Made by a program: the position numbers and the translations under genes. The notes under the pieces were generated by a model. It did not search any database, had not been told where the DNA came from, and worked only from the letters and a program-made list of their open reading frames with translations. From IMG/VR virus record IMGVR_UViG_3300023216_001509: a DNA stretch of 62,979 bases. One strand, 5' to 3'. This DNA comes from a virus. Of the stretch, positions 25,507 through 34,827 are shown in pieces. Numbering within the stretch: position 1 is the first letter of the stretch; each line of letters starts with the position of its first letter.

Positions 25507-26421
25507 TTAGGTGTTAATAACTTCCCAGCACGCGGCGGTCAGTCCTGTCTTTTTCGTGTCGTAGAAATTCTCCCGAAATGCCTCAATGATTAGATAGGCA
25601 CGGCCAGCCTGTTGCCCCCCTTTCAACAAAACAGAATTCGCGTAACCAAGAACCATCCAGCGCAAGGACTCGGGGTCTTCTGTTACCTTGCCCAGGATAG
25701 CCGCCACCTCCTTCCAAACGGTGTTCGGCCGAATGAGCAACCTCGCTAATTCAATGGCCTCCCGCTTGGCATCGCTATTTGCGATGGATTGGAGTTGGTC
25801 TTCCTCGTTGCCCAGGTGACGAACTCCATCCAGTAAAACCAGCAGCCGGCGCGGGGAACCTTCCCCGTGTTTCATTAAGCAATCCATCACGTCGTCGGTG
25901 ATGTTTATTTCTTCCCTCTCACAAATTAATCGCAGCAAATCCGTGGCCTCTAAAACACCCAGCGGCCTCACCTTGAACTCGGTGCATCGCGTCCGGATGG
26001 TGGGCAACAGTTTCTGCGGGTCGGTGGTTGCCAGCATGAAGTAAACATGCCGAGGCGTGTCCTCCAGGATTTTCAGGAAGGCGTTCTGTGCTTGGGTGGA
26101 GAGTTGGTGCGCCTCGTCAATCAACCAGACACGACACTCCCCGCTCATGGGCGCCAGGTTCATTCGGGAACGGATGTCCCTCACCATATCGATCCCACGA
26201 AAGTCCGCGCAGTTCACTTCTGCGAAATCCGGGTCGCCGCAATCCAACTTGTTTCGCATGATGCGTGCGAGGGTGGTCTTGCCGCATCCACTTGGGCCGC
26301 TGAACAGACTGGCATGGGGGAACTGGGATTGGCGAGTCATGGATACCAGTTGTTCGGTCACTGTCGTGTTGCCCACAATTCGCTTGAAAGTCATGGGTCG
26401 GTGTTTCTTGTATAGTTCCAT
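25507..26421 (-). CDS. Clamp loader AAA+ ATPase (DnaX/HolB-like)
   Basis: LYKKHRPMTF..., SGPSGCGKTT, WLIDEAHQL, LKILEDTP, PTIRTRC (SRC-like). Confidence 0.85.
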   Translation of the reverse strand: MELYKKHRPMTFKRIVGNTTVTEQLVSMTRQSQFPHASLFSGPSGCGKTTLARIMRNKLDCGDPDFAEVNCADFRGIDMVRDIRSRMNLAPMSGECRVWLIDEAHQLSTQAQNAFLKILEDTPRHVYFMLATTDPQKLLPTIRTRCTEFKVRPLGVLEATDLLRLICEREEINITDDVMDCLMKHGEGSPRRLLVLLDGVRHLGNEEDQLQSIANSDAKREAIELARLLIRPNTVWKEVAAILGKVTEDPESLRWMVLGYANSVLLKGGQQAGRAYLIIEAFRENFYDTKKTGLTAACWEVINT

Positions 26422-27801
26422 CTAAATTTCCATTTCCTTTTTCTCATGCCACGTCCCATTCACGGGTGTGACTTCTGCCTCCACTTCCAGCGGAGTGATT
26501 ATCCACGGCCACGCTGCCCGCAAGTCTTCCGTCATTATTTGTTTTGCGGTGGTGAGGTAGGCACCCAACTCATCCTCATGGACATCCCCCACAATACTAT
26601 CGTGAATCTGCCCAACGATTTTAGAACGCATCCTGTTTTTGCCAAGCCATTTGTTGAGGCGGATAAGCGACCACAGCAGGCAGTGAAACGCTGACCCTTG
26701 AACCGGATAATTGATAACGTCGTTCCGCCCATAAACGCCATCGATGCGAAACCCTGTCAGGGTTGTGAACCCACCTTGTCGCAAGTATTTCTCCCACCAC
26801 TTTTTCTTCCATGCATCATAAACTTGGAACCGCTCTCCCCAGAAATTCTTCTCCACGGATTTGATGTGGTGTTCAAACGTCCCACGACGAGGGGGTTGTT
26901 TTGGATTGCAGGCGCCCAGGGAACTGATCCCGTTTTCACGCAGGTGGTCTTTGAGTGGGGTGTCCTCGATACGGTGGTTCATCTTACCGATGGCCTCCCA
27001 CAACGCCCGGGCGTTGTTGATGTAATAGTCGCCATAGAATTGTGGGAAGACGAACATATTCTTTCCGCAATACCGCATCCACTTAGAGACTTGAGTGGGG
27101 TGGCACTTGTAACACTCCGCCGCCATGTCCCGATGCATATCCTTGGAAGGGTCTTCAATATAGGAAACCATTGACGGGTCTTTGTGGTAGCAGGCAGCAA
27201 CCCGAACCTCGATGCCGCTGTAATCAATTTCGACAATGTGGTGGCCTTCACGTGGTATGAAGCAACGACGAATCACCTCGCCCATCCTTGGGTCGCGAAT
27301 AGGGAAGTTCTGGAAGTTGGGGCTGTCCGAACTGCTGCGGTAGGTTTGCACGGTGTGCAAGTTGAACACGGGATGCAAGTAACCATCACAGACCTCCCGT
27401 TTAATGCCCGCCAAGAAGGTGTTCCGAACCTTCTTTATCTTTTCCAATTCCAAGTAGCGGACAACAAACGGCTCATCAATGTTTTCAAACGAGGAACCGT
27501 CTGTCTTGGGCCTGCCGGTCTTTGTGAAGGAGGAACACTTATGCCCCATGATGTTGAATAGGATGTTCCCAAGCTGCTCCCGGCTTCCCAGGTTTGCCCG
27601 GGCGCCGTATTCCCGCCGCCAGACACGGTAGACCTCCATCCCTCTTAATTCGGCCTCCCCTGCTGCGATCTGCTGGCCTATCTCTTCGGACGTGGTGTTT
27701 AGATACTCCACATCAACCCGCATTCCATTGGCCTCGACGTTGGCCAGCGCAATGCAGCCATCGTGAAGCAATCGGTAGGCGTCAGCGGTGGTTGGTTTCA
27801 T
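26422..27801 (-). CDS. polA: Family A DNA polymerase, polymerase domain only
   Basis: Motif A DYSGIEVRVAA, motif B RYCGKNMFVFPQFYG, motif C QIHDSIV. No exonuclease motifs in this ORF. Confidence 0.9.
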   Translation of the reverse strand: MKPTTADAYRLLHDGCIALANVEANGMRVDVEYLNTTSEEIGQQIAAGEAELRGMEVYRVWRREYGARANLGSREQLGNILFNIMGHKCSSFTKTGRPKTDGSSFENIDEPFVVRYLELEKIKKVRNTFLAGIKREVCDGYLHPVFNLHTVQTYRSSSDSPNFQNFPIRDPRMGEVIRRCFIPREGHHIVEIDYSGIEVRVAACYHKDPSMVSYIEDPSKDMHRDMAAECYKCHPTQVSKWMRYCGKNMFVFPQFYGDYYINNARALWEAIGKMNHRIEDTPLKDHLRENGISSLGACNPKQPPRRGTFEHHIKSVEKNFWGERFQVYDAWKKKWWEKYLRQGGFTTLTGFRIDGVYGRNDVINYPVQGSAFHCLLWSLIRLNKWLGKNRMRSKIVGQIHDSIVGDVHEDELGAYLTTAKQIMTEDLRAAWPWIITPLEVEAEVTPVNGTWHEKKEMEI

Positions 27802-29015
27802 GGCAGCGGGTGTTCCAGGATTTCCATTTGTTTGATGGCGACCTTGTACTGCAACAGGGAATCGAGTCCGTTGTAAAGCAGCAGGTCTTTCGTTTCGATT
27901 AGATCAATCTGGTTGCTCTCCTGCCCCCTTATCCCCTGCAAGAACTTTTTGATGTGACCGTCGTAACTTGGTGCGCCCAGCAAGGCGAAGGCTTGGAACT
28001 TTATACTCGTGATTCCCGGTTGGTTGTCGATCACATGGGCTGCGAGCATGGTGTCCCAGTACCAATTCCGAACTCGATGGCCGAGGTGTCGCCGTGTCCA
28101 ACGGTCTTCGAATTTCAAGTTGCAGCCAATCTTGGGAAGTGGGGAACGCAGCAGTTCACCCACCGCTGTGACGGCGTCCCCATGCCAAGGGAAGGCGATG
28201 GTATGTTTGCCCCTCCAACAGACACTAGCGGACACAATGCGGGATTCTTTGTTGTCTGGTTTGATGCGGTCTGTTTCGTAATCAAAGGCCACCGCCCCTC
28301 CCCGTTTAATCATCTTGCGAATTTGGGCAGCAGCTTTTCTTGGTTCTTGGACAATGGTTATTTCCTTGCGGTAATCCGGAACCGTGTCCCACGGTTTGCC
28401 ATCGTGTTTTAATGCGTTGGCAATATGTTTGTTGAAATGGATTCGGAGGACTGGCGCTTTCATGTGGTTGCTGTTGATGGCGTGGTTCACATAGGCGGGC
28501 GAGTACGAAGGGCAGACCCACGCATTTAATTCCTGGCAGGGGATTTGCAAACCGAACCACCGATTTGAAACGCCAATGCTCCCCTTCCAGATATAAGGAA
28601 GTAGCGACCCCACGCCAGCGGTTCCCAAGGGGATGATCACATTGGGTTGGAGCGTGTTGATTGTCTTGATAAGGTTGGGTCGGCAGTAGTCTATCTGATC
28701 GGGGGTGGGCGGCTTGCCTCCGGTATGGCAGATCAATGCGGTTGTCACCCAGCAGTCCCGTAAGATATCTCCCGAGCATTTCCGAATGGCTGTTTCCAGT
28801 GGCAGGGAACTATTCGGTCGGGACAACAACCGCCCAGCGGTGTCGTCGTTATCACAAGGCGCCTCGTATACAATCAAAACCTTCCGCTTGCCTTGCCCCA
28901 CGGGTTCAAGTTTGGGGGACTGGCATTTCTTATACAGACCACATGCCCCGCATTTAGGAATGAGGCTTGTGGGTGGTTTTGAATCAAGAACGGAACTTGA
29001 AAAGAACCCGCTCAT
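27798..29015 (-). CDS. Fusion of a UDG family-4-like domain and a DnaQ-type 3'-5' exonuclease
   Basis: The N-terminus (CGACGLYKKC...VLIVYEAPCDNDD) resembles family-4 UDG with a non-canonical active-site motif. Exonuclease motifs are AFDYETD, NLKFEDRW and YNGLDS. ATGA overlap with the polymerase ORF. Confidence 0.65.
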   Translation of the reverse strand: MSGFFSSSVLDSKPPTSLIPKCGACGLYKKCQSPKLEPVGQGKRKVLIVYEAPCDNDDTAGRLLSRPNSSLPLETAIRKCSGDILRDCWVTTALICHTGGKPPTPDQIDYCRPNLIKTINTLQPNVIIPLGTAGVGSLLPYIWKGSIGVSNRWFGLQIPCQELNAWVCPSYSPAYVNHAINSNHMKAPVLRIHFNKHIANALKHDGKPWDTVPDYRKEITIVQEPRKAAAQIRKMIKRGGAVAFDYETDRIKPDNKESRIVSASVCWRGKHTIAFPWHGDAVTAVGELLRSPLPKIGCNLKFEDRWTRRHLGHRVRNWYWDTMLAAHVIDNQPGITSIKFQAFALLGAPSYDGHIKKFLQGIRGQESNQIDLIETKDLLLYNGLDSLLQYKVAIKQMEILEHPLP

Positions 29016-30046
29016 GCGTTGTCCGTTTCGTGAATGCTTAGGCTGGTGACGTAGACAAAGTTCCCACCATCCACCTTCAGTCTATCGGATGTGATTTCAC
29101 ACTCGTTGTGACGGGACACAAGGTCGGCCAGCAGCTTCGGTGAGATGCGGAAGCTTAGGCTGCTCCCCTTGTACTTCAAATTCTTAACCTCTGTGAACCA
29201 CCCGAAGTTCCCCTCCCCACGGATGCGGAGTTTGCCGGACTTCAACTGGATTGTCACTTGGTTGTCGTCGGTGTTTTCCGAAGAGAAAACCTCTGCCTTT
29301 TCCACCGCTTCCACCAGGCCAGTTGGCAAGGTGGTGGGTTCCCCCTTGAAGTTAATGATGGGAGTTAGGTCTGGGAAGTCGCTTGCCTCGTCGACGTAGC
29401 GCCGGCAGGACAACGTGAGGCCAGTTGGGTTGCGGAAATGAATCCAGGTTTCCGTTTCACAGAATTGGGTCATGCCGAGTTCGACGATATGTTTAATGCT
29501 GTCCCGCCTCACCAGGGTTGATTCTTTTATGGTTGTCTCCAACGTGTAGCGGGAGACTTGGAAGTTGTCGCTCGCTTCGATGTGGTGTGGAGTAAGGTGG
29601 AGGCACGTCAGGCGGAATTGGGACTCGTCGTCGCCGGCGCATTGGATAACAATTTGAACAGCGTCATTGAATTCTTCTGGCAGGTCTTTCCATTCGTCTG
29701 GCTGTTCAATGCGTTCAATGGGTAGGAGGATTTCCTGCTCCATTCGGATGCCAGCTTTTCGTCTCTTGCCTTCAATTATGAACTCCTCCTCGGTGCCAGT
29801 TACGCCCACCATGTCCTCGGGCAACTTCCGAAGGATACCAAGCAACGGTTCCGCTTGCACTGCGCCGCTCATTGTCAAAACGCAATCCTGCTTGCACGCT
29901 ATTTCGTCGTTGTAAGTTTGGACAGTCCCGTTCTGAAAGACGAAGCAAGAGGACTGTTCCATGACCTCCCGGGAGGACAGCCCCGCTTGCACGGACTCGA
30001 GTTGTTGTAGAAGTTTCTCACGGTTGACTTGCTGGGTTGTTCCCAT
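29012..30046 (-). CDS. dnaN: Sliding clamp (DnaN-like)
   Basis: 344 aa with a three-domain-like repeat pattern. Located next to the polymerase and near the clamp loader. Confidence 0.55.
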   Translation of the reverse strand: MGTTQQVNREKLLQQLESVQAGLSSREVMEQSSCFVFQNGTVQTYNDEIACKQDCVLTMSGAVQAEPLLGILRKLPEDMVGVTGTEEEFIIEGKRRKAGIRMEQEILLPIERIEQPDEWKDLPEEFNDAVQIVIQCAGDDESQFRLTCLHLTPHHIEASDNFQVSRYTLETTIKESTLVRRDSIKHIVELGMTQFCETETWIHFRNPTGLTLSCRRYVDEASDFPDLTPIINFKGEPTTLPTGLVEAVEKAEVFSSENTDDNQVTIQLKSGKLRIRGEGNFGWFTEVKNLKYKGSSLSFRISPKLLADLVSRHNECEITSDRLKVDGGNFVYVTSLSIHETDNA

Positions 30047-30058
30047 TTGTGCTTCTCC

Positions 30059-31207
30059 TTATTGCAAGAACCCGAACCCCTTGGGGCGGGTGCTTTGGAA
30101 TGGTTTGAGTTCAATTTGTTTTCGTGATTCCTCAAAGAACAGCAGGTTGGCAACACGGCGGTGAGTATGGTGGGTCACAATGCCCTTCGTTTCCTCTACG
30201 GGTTTCCCCTCCTCATCGTAATGCCATTCGCCCAAGGGTATGTCGAGGAACTCCAACCACTCCTCTACGATTTGCCGGTCGCCTTTAGTTAAGTTGAGGA
30301 GGTGGTATGGCGTTTTGATTTTGGGGGACTCGAACGACACCGAGATGAGATACGGTTGCCGGTCGAATACAAACTGGCCCCCACGCTTGTGCGGGACAAG
30401 GAGGTTGCCATAGGCGCCCATCTTCGTCCAACTGGTCGAATCAACGGAGTGCCAGGGATACGATGTCATCATATTAAATCCTGTGACACCGAACCCATGC
30501 ACGTCCACCGCCGGCAGTCTGTCCTTTGTATCACAAATGATATTGAAGCAGCGGTCGACCCAACCTTGGCAAGAGTCTTGCATTACACTGCCCACAAGGC
30601 CACCGAGTCCGATGTATTCGTATCCCTTTTTCAAGTAGCGTTCCAAGACACTCATTGGCGCCTTGTAATGAACAACGGGAACAGGCGTGAGGCCACGCTT
30701 CTCCAGTTCTACTTGGTTGCGCCAGGTAAGCTTGTGGGATGTTTTGTCCTTGGGCGCCTTGAGTTGGCCTCGGAAGGGAAGCACGTCGATGTTGGCATAG
30801 TGGTCAATCCCCTGCTGGTACTTGTTAATGAATTCGACGTACGAATCAACGTACGACCAGAATTCATCCGTGTCGTAGAACTCCCATTCCCCGCAACGGT
30901 TTTCCCTTGCGAACTCCTCAGCCCGTGTCCACAAGGTGAACGACCCGGAATCAAAGAAATGGCAGGATGGAACGCCCACTGGGATGTCCCTTGTCTCTAG
31001 GTGGGCGATGTCCTCCGGCCGAACCCCCTCCCGAGGTTGCCACGGTGGCGAATTGCGGCGGCTAATCTCATCCAGGATTGCTTGGAACCGTTTGGTGGGG
31101 CGCCCGCTGCCTACCATGTCATGGAAGGTCAGCATGAGAGTTGCGTCGTCGGCGAGTGTGATTTCGGGATTGCTCCTGCTGCCCTCCCCGGAATAGAAAA
31201 TGATCAT
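30059..31207 (-). CDS. dpdA: DpdA-type DNA guanine transglycosylase (TGT superfamily)
   Basis: FFDSGSFTLW, YIGLGGLVG, VHGFGVT and HSVDSTSW motifs. Adjacent to folE, queC, queE and queD. Confidence 0.75.
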   Translation of the reverse strand: MIIFYSGEGSRSNPEITLADDATLMLTFHDMVGSGRPTKRFQAILDEISRRNSPPWQPREGVRPEDIAHLETRDIPVGVPSCHFFDSGSFTLWTRAEEFARENRCGEWEFYDTDEFWSYVDSYVEFINKYQQGIDHYANIDVLPFRGQLKAPKDKTSHKLTWRNQVELEKRGLTPVPVVHYKAPMSVLERYLKKGYEYIGLGGLVGSVMQDSCQGWVDRCFNIICDTKDRLPAVDVHGFGVTGFNMMTSYPWHSVDSTSWTKMGAYGNLLVPHKRGGQFVFDRQPYLISVSFESPKIKTPYHLLNLTKGDRQIVEEWLEFLDIPLGEWHYDEEGKPVEETKGIVTHHTHRRVANLLFFEESRKQIELKPFQSTRPKGFGFLQ

Positions 31208-31211
31208 GAGG

Positions 31212-32186
31212 TTACTTTCGAATCAGCGCCATAAACTCGGCACGCACTTCCGGTTTGCGAAACACCCCCGACAAGGAGGACGTCAGCATGGTCGCGTTCT
31301 GTTTCTTAACCCCCCGTGCCACCATGCACAAGTGCTGTGCCTCCAACACGCAAGCGCTGCCCAGGCATTTGAGATGCAGGTCAAGTGCGTCTGTGATTTG
31401 CTGGCAGATGCGTTCCTGAATTTGTAATCGCCGAGCATAGATTTCTAACAAGCGGGCCAACTTGCTAATCCCAATGATCCGCCCGTTGGGGATGTAAGCA
31501 ATGTGCGCCGTCCCAAAGAACGGGATCATGTGGTGTTCACAGGTAGATTGAAATTCAATCCCACGCAACACCACCATCTCATCACTCGAGTCGTTTTCGA
31601 ATGTTTTGAATACGCTCTGGGGGTCTTGGTTGTAACCGGCAAACAACTCCCCATAAGACTTCACCACCCTTGCCGGTGTTTCCAACAACCCTTCCCGTCG
31701 TGGGTCTTCACCCAAGTATTCAAGGACGCGGACAATGTTTTCCTCTGGGCCGGTTTCACCCGACATCCTTTCCCAAGGAAACTGAACCCACTCCTGCCCG
31801 AGGTTGCTGTCCAAGTGGGTTTTGTCCACCAGGGCATAGAAGGGTTTCTCCGGATACAATTCCCGGAACTTTTTGCGGGTGGCACCCGAGTCAATGATGT
31901 CGTCGATGAACAATTGCGCCTCCTCTGGCGACTCCACCAGTTCCATGCCACCACCCGTGAACGTCCCATCTGTTAAGAGATGCGGGTGCTCACCGTACAT
32001 TTCTGATTGAACGGCCAGCGCGGCAGGGATACCACCTCTCGGAATTGGGTAGGCGCGCAGGAACGAGGTCTGCCCCTCCGCGGCGGTGGCGACCCGACCA
32101 GGTGCCTCGAGGCACATTGTGTTGACAAGGCGTTTCGCCTTCTGTTGTATGTCCGTCCATGACAGTTCAATCATTGGGTGCTCCAT
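31212..32186 (-). CDS. folE: Fusion of a Gpt-like phosphoribosyltransferase and GTP cyclohydrolase I
   Basis: N-terminal ~135 aa: PIPRGGIPAA, FIDDIIDSGATR (PRPP motif), EWVQFPWER (compare E. coli Gpt). C-terminal: GLLETPARV, STCEHHMIPF, RLQIQERI. An alternative start at 32174 gives an ATGA overlap. Confidence 0.8.
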   Translation of the reverse strand: MEHPMIELSWTDIQQKAKRLVNTMCLEAPGRVATAAEGQTSFLRAYPIPRGGIPAALAVQSEMYGEHPHLLTDGTFTGGGMELVESPEEAQLFIDDIIDSGATRKKFRELYPEKPFYALVDKTHLDSNLGQEWVQFPWERMSGETGPEENIVRVLEYLGEDPRREGLLETPARVVKSYGELFAGYNQDPQSVFKTFENDSSDEMVVLRGIEFQSTCEHHMIPFFGTAHIAYIPNGRIIGISKLARLLEIYARRLQIQERICQQITDALDLHLKCLGSACVLEAQHLCMVARGVKKQNATMLTSSLSGVFRKPEVRAEFMALIRK

Positions 32187-32875
32187 TCTTCCTTCGGTAG
32201 TATAACTCGGGATTCATATTCAATCGGGTCATCGATTTCGTTGTTGTGGAATGCTTCCAGGCGTTCTTGGCAGGCGCCACATTTCCCGCATGCCACCTCT
32301 TGGTCTTTGTAACACGTCCGGGTCAAGTTGTAGGGAACGTCATGTTGGTATCCCCACGCAATGATGGAGGTCTTGTCGCCTTGCAGGAAGGGGGCCATGA
32401 GCCGGACGTTCCCGTCTGTCCCGTGGTGGATGGCAGATTGCATGGCTTGGAAGAACTCTGGCCGGCAGTCCGGATAGATTTGATGGTCGCCAGAATGTAT
32501 CCCCAACCAGACTTCATTCGCCCCAAGGTTCCAAGCCACCCCAGCCAACACGGCAGAGAAAATTATGTTCCTCCCAGGGATGACGGTTTGCGTCATGTTT
32601 GCCTGCTCGTAATGACCTTCCGGAATATCCCCTCCCGAACTCATTAAATTGGAATTGAAGTTCGCCATCAATTCGTTCAGGGACATTAGGGTGAAGGGGA
32701 CGTTGTAATGCTGGGCAATCTTTTCGGCAGCGGCGTTCTCATAGGGGTTGTGCTTTGACCCGTAACAGAACCCAATGCACTCCACCTCCATCCCTGCCGC
32801 CAGCGCGGAGGCAAGTACCGTGGTCGAGTCCATGCCCCCACTCAAGGAAACGATTCCCGTGTCAACTCGTGCCAT
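32171..32875 (-). CDS. queC: 7-cyano-7-deazaguanine synthase
   Basis: VSLSGGMDSTT, VIPGRNIIF, and a C-terminal CGKCGACQER zinc motif. ATG at 32875 follows AAGGAGAG. Confidence 0.9.
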   Translation of the reverse strand: MARVDTGIVSLSGGMDSTTVLASALAAGMEVECIGFCYGSKHNPYENAAAEKIAQHYNVPFTLMSLNELMANFNSNLMSSGGDIPEGHYEQANMTQTVIPGRNIIFSAVLAGVAWNLGANEVWLGIHSGDHQIYPDCRPEFFQAMQSAIHHGTDGNVRLMAPFLQGDKTSIIAWGYQHDVPYNLTRTCYKDQEVACGKCGACQERLEAFHNNEIDDPIEYESRVILPKEEWSTQ

Positions 32876-32885
32876 TGCCCTCTCC

Positions 32886-33584
32886 TTATTCCAGTCCAAT
32901 AAACTTGTGCGTTTGAAGGCACAGCAAATAATCAAATCGATAGCATGATTCCAAGGCAGCTTCAACGTGTTTCTGGTTCAGCTCTGGGTCTTGTTCATCC
33001 ATTGGCTGGATGTAGATGGTGGACAGCGATTTGGCAAGATGGAGGTCTGGCGGCCGCGCTGGGGGCATGCCTCCAAGAGTTACGGTCGGCAACCCGTCCT
33101 CCTCGTCCACGAAGCCAGCAGCCAGAACATACTTCAACGCATTGATGTGAGGCAGCAACTCGGGGTGAATCTTGGGGGTCTTGGGGGAGCAAACAACAAC
33201 CACCTTTTCCCATGGAATGTTGTCGCGGTACAACACCCCATTCGTTTCGATTTGGACTCGGTAGTCAGCGGCCAGTAGCGCCACAATCATCGGGCCGATG
33301 TTTTGGCGGATGGGCTCGCCGCCGGTCAAGACGACCAATCCTGACCGACGGGTCGCCCGCACCAACTCAACCACTTCACTCGGTGAATACATTGTACGGG
33401 AACTCGTGTAATCCGTATCACAGAACGGGCATTGAAGGTTGCAACCAGCCAGGCGAATGAAAACAGAGGGCGACCCAATTTGTGGCCCCTCGCCTTGGAT
33501 GGTCAACCAGACTTTCACGATGTCGACATGCCCATCGTTCGGGGGCGCATATCCTTCGGTTGGTTGGCTGTTCACTTCCATCAT
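32886..33584 (-). CDS. queE: 7-carboxy-7-deazaguanine synthase (radical SAM)
   Basis: TIQGEGPQIGSPSVFIRLAGCNLQCPFCDT. Confidence 0.9.
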   Translation of the reverse strand: MMEVNSQPTEGYAPPNDGHVDIVKVWLTIQGEGPQIGSPSVFIRLAGCNLQCPFCDTDYTSSRTMYSPSEVVELVRATRRSGLVVLTGGEPIRQNIGPMIVALLAADYRVQIETNGVLYRDNIPWEKVVVVCSPKTPKIHPELLPHINALKYVLAAGFVDEEDGLPTVTLGGMPPARPPDLHLAKSLSTIYIQPMDEQDPELNQKHVEAALESCYRFDYLLCLQTHKFIGLE

Positions 33585-34033
33585 TCTGTCCTTCGGCGAT
33601 AAGTAGCCGAGTTGTTTTCAGTTTCAATGCACGTCACCCGTGTGACGTAAACACGCCCCTTCGTTTCGGCAGCGACAAAGTTGTTCACCATTTTCAAAAC
33701 GTGTCTGGCAAACATTTCGCAGCCGACATGCGGCATGGTTCGCAGTTGGATAATCCCTTCCTTGTCCAACTTCATAAAGGCGTTCAGTGCTGGGTCGTCC
33801 TCTGCCACTATTGTCGTATGATCAAAGAAGTCCGCGAGCTGCTTTTTCAGTTCGCCTGCCCCTCCGAAATCCATCACCCAATTCTTGTAATCCAGCCTCC
33901 CCTCAAATGTAACATCGAAGGCCAGGGCGTAACCATGTAAGAACCGGCAGTGGGACATATCCGCTCGCCACTGTCGGAAACAAGTGCTGAAGCCCGCAAA
34001 TCGTTTATTGCTCTGCCACATGAAATCGCTCAT
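33581..34033 (-). CDS. queD: 6-carboxytetrahydropterin synthase
   Basis: 150 aa. CRFLHGYAL...FD pattern of the PTPS/QueD family. ATGA overlaps on both sides. Confidence 0.8.
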   Translation of the reverse strand: MSDFMWQSNKRFAGFSTCFRQWRADMSHCRFLHGYALAFDVTFEGRLDYKNWVMDFGGAGELKKQLADFFDHTTIVAEDDPALNAFMKLDKEGIIQLRTMPHVGCEMFARHVLKMVNNFVAAETKGRVYVTRVTCIETENNSATYRRRTE

Positions 34034-34827
34034 GTCATCCTCCTCATAATTTGATTGCCCAGGTACTCCGCCACCTGCGGAACGACTGAGTTGCCTAGCG
34101 CTTTAAGTCTGTCCACCCGTCCGGGAAACCCATCAGATACTCTATCCAATTCGGATTCAGTGGCCCACCAGCCACTGCGTTCAGTGGAAGCGAGTTTCTT
34201 GCATATTGACTTGGGCCGGCGTTGTTGGCCGAGTCCTGCACCGTCGGTGTTGGTAGCAATGACGAAAATTCTGTCCCTCTCATGAGGCGCACCAAGGGCC
34301 GACGCTGGTATGCAATGCCACTCCGCATCAAACCCGAGCGCGGCCAGTTCCGAGAGTACGATTCCCAACCCCCGACCAAGTAACGCCGATACGTTTTCCA
34401 ACAAACAGATTCGGGGTCGGAGGTGTCCAACCAAGCGAATGACTTCATAGAACAGCGCGCTCCTTTCCCCCTTGAGCCCTTCTTTATTTCCTGCGATTGA
34501 AATATCTTGACACGGGAAACCCGCACAAATTAAATCCACAGCCAGGTGCTCCTCTGCCCAGCTTGCCGGCGGGAAGGTGGTCACGTCGTCCCACCTCCTC
34601 ACGTCTGGCCAATGCTTCTCCAACACTCGGCGGCAGAAGTCGTCCAGTTCTACTTGCCATTTGATTTGAAACCCAGCGCGTTGAAGACCCAAGTCCAGCC
34701 CGCCCACTCCAGCAAACAAACTGCCCACGGTAAAATCATTCACTCGGCCATTTCTCCGCGAGGGTTTCGTTGACATTTGTTTCATTGCCTTCCACCAGGG
34801 AGGTGAACCACCCCAGCCATCGTCCAT
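34030..34827 (-). CDS. DNA (cytosine-5) methyltransferase with a very short target-recognition region
   Basis: Motif I FAGVGG, motif IV FPCQDIS, motif VI LLENV, motif VIII ERDRIFV, motif X GNSVVP. The start is uncertain (34827, 34785 or 34776). Confidence 0.85.
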   Translation of the reverse strand: MDDGWGGSPPWWKAMKQMSTKPSRRNGRVNDFTVGSLFAGVGGLDLGLQRAGFQIKWQVELDDFCRRVLEKHWPDVRRWDDVTTFPPASWAEEHLAVDLICAGFPCQDISIAGNKEGLKGERSALFYEVIRLVGHLRPRICLLENVSALLGRGLGIVLSELAALGFDAEWHCIPASALGAPHERDRIFVIATNTDGAGLGQQRRPKSICKKLASTERSGWWATESELDRVSDGFPGRVDRLKALGNSVVPQVAEYLGNQIMRRMT

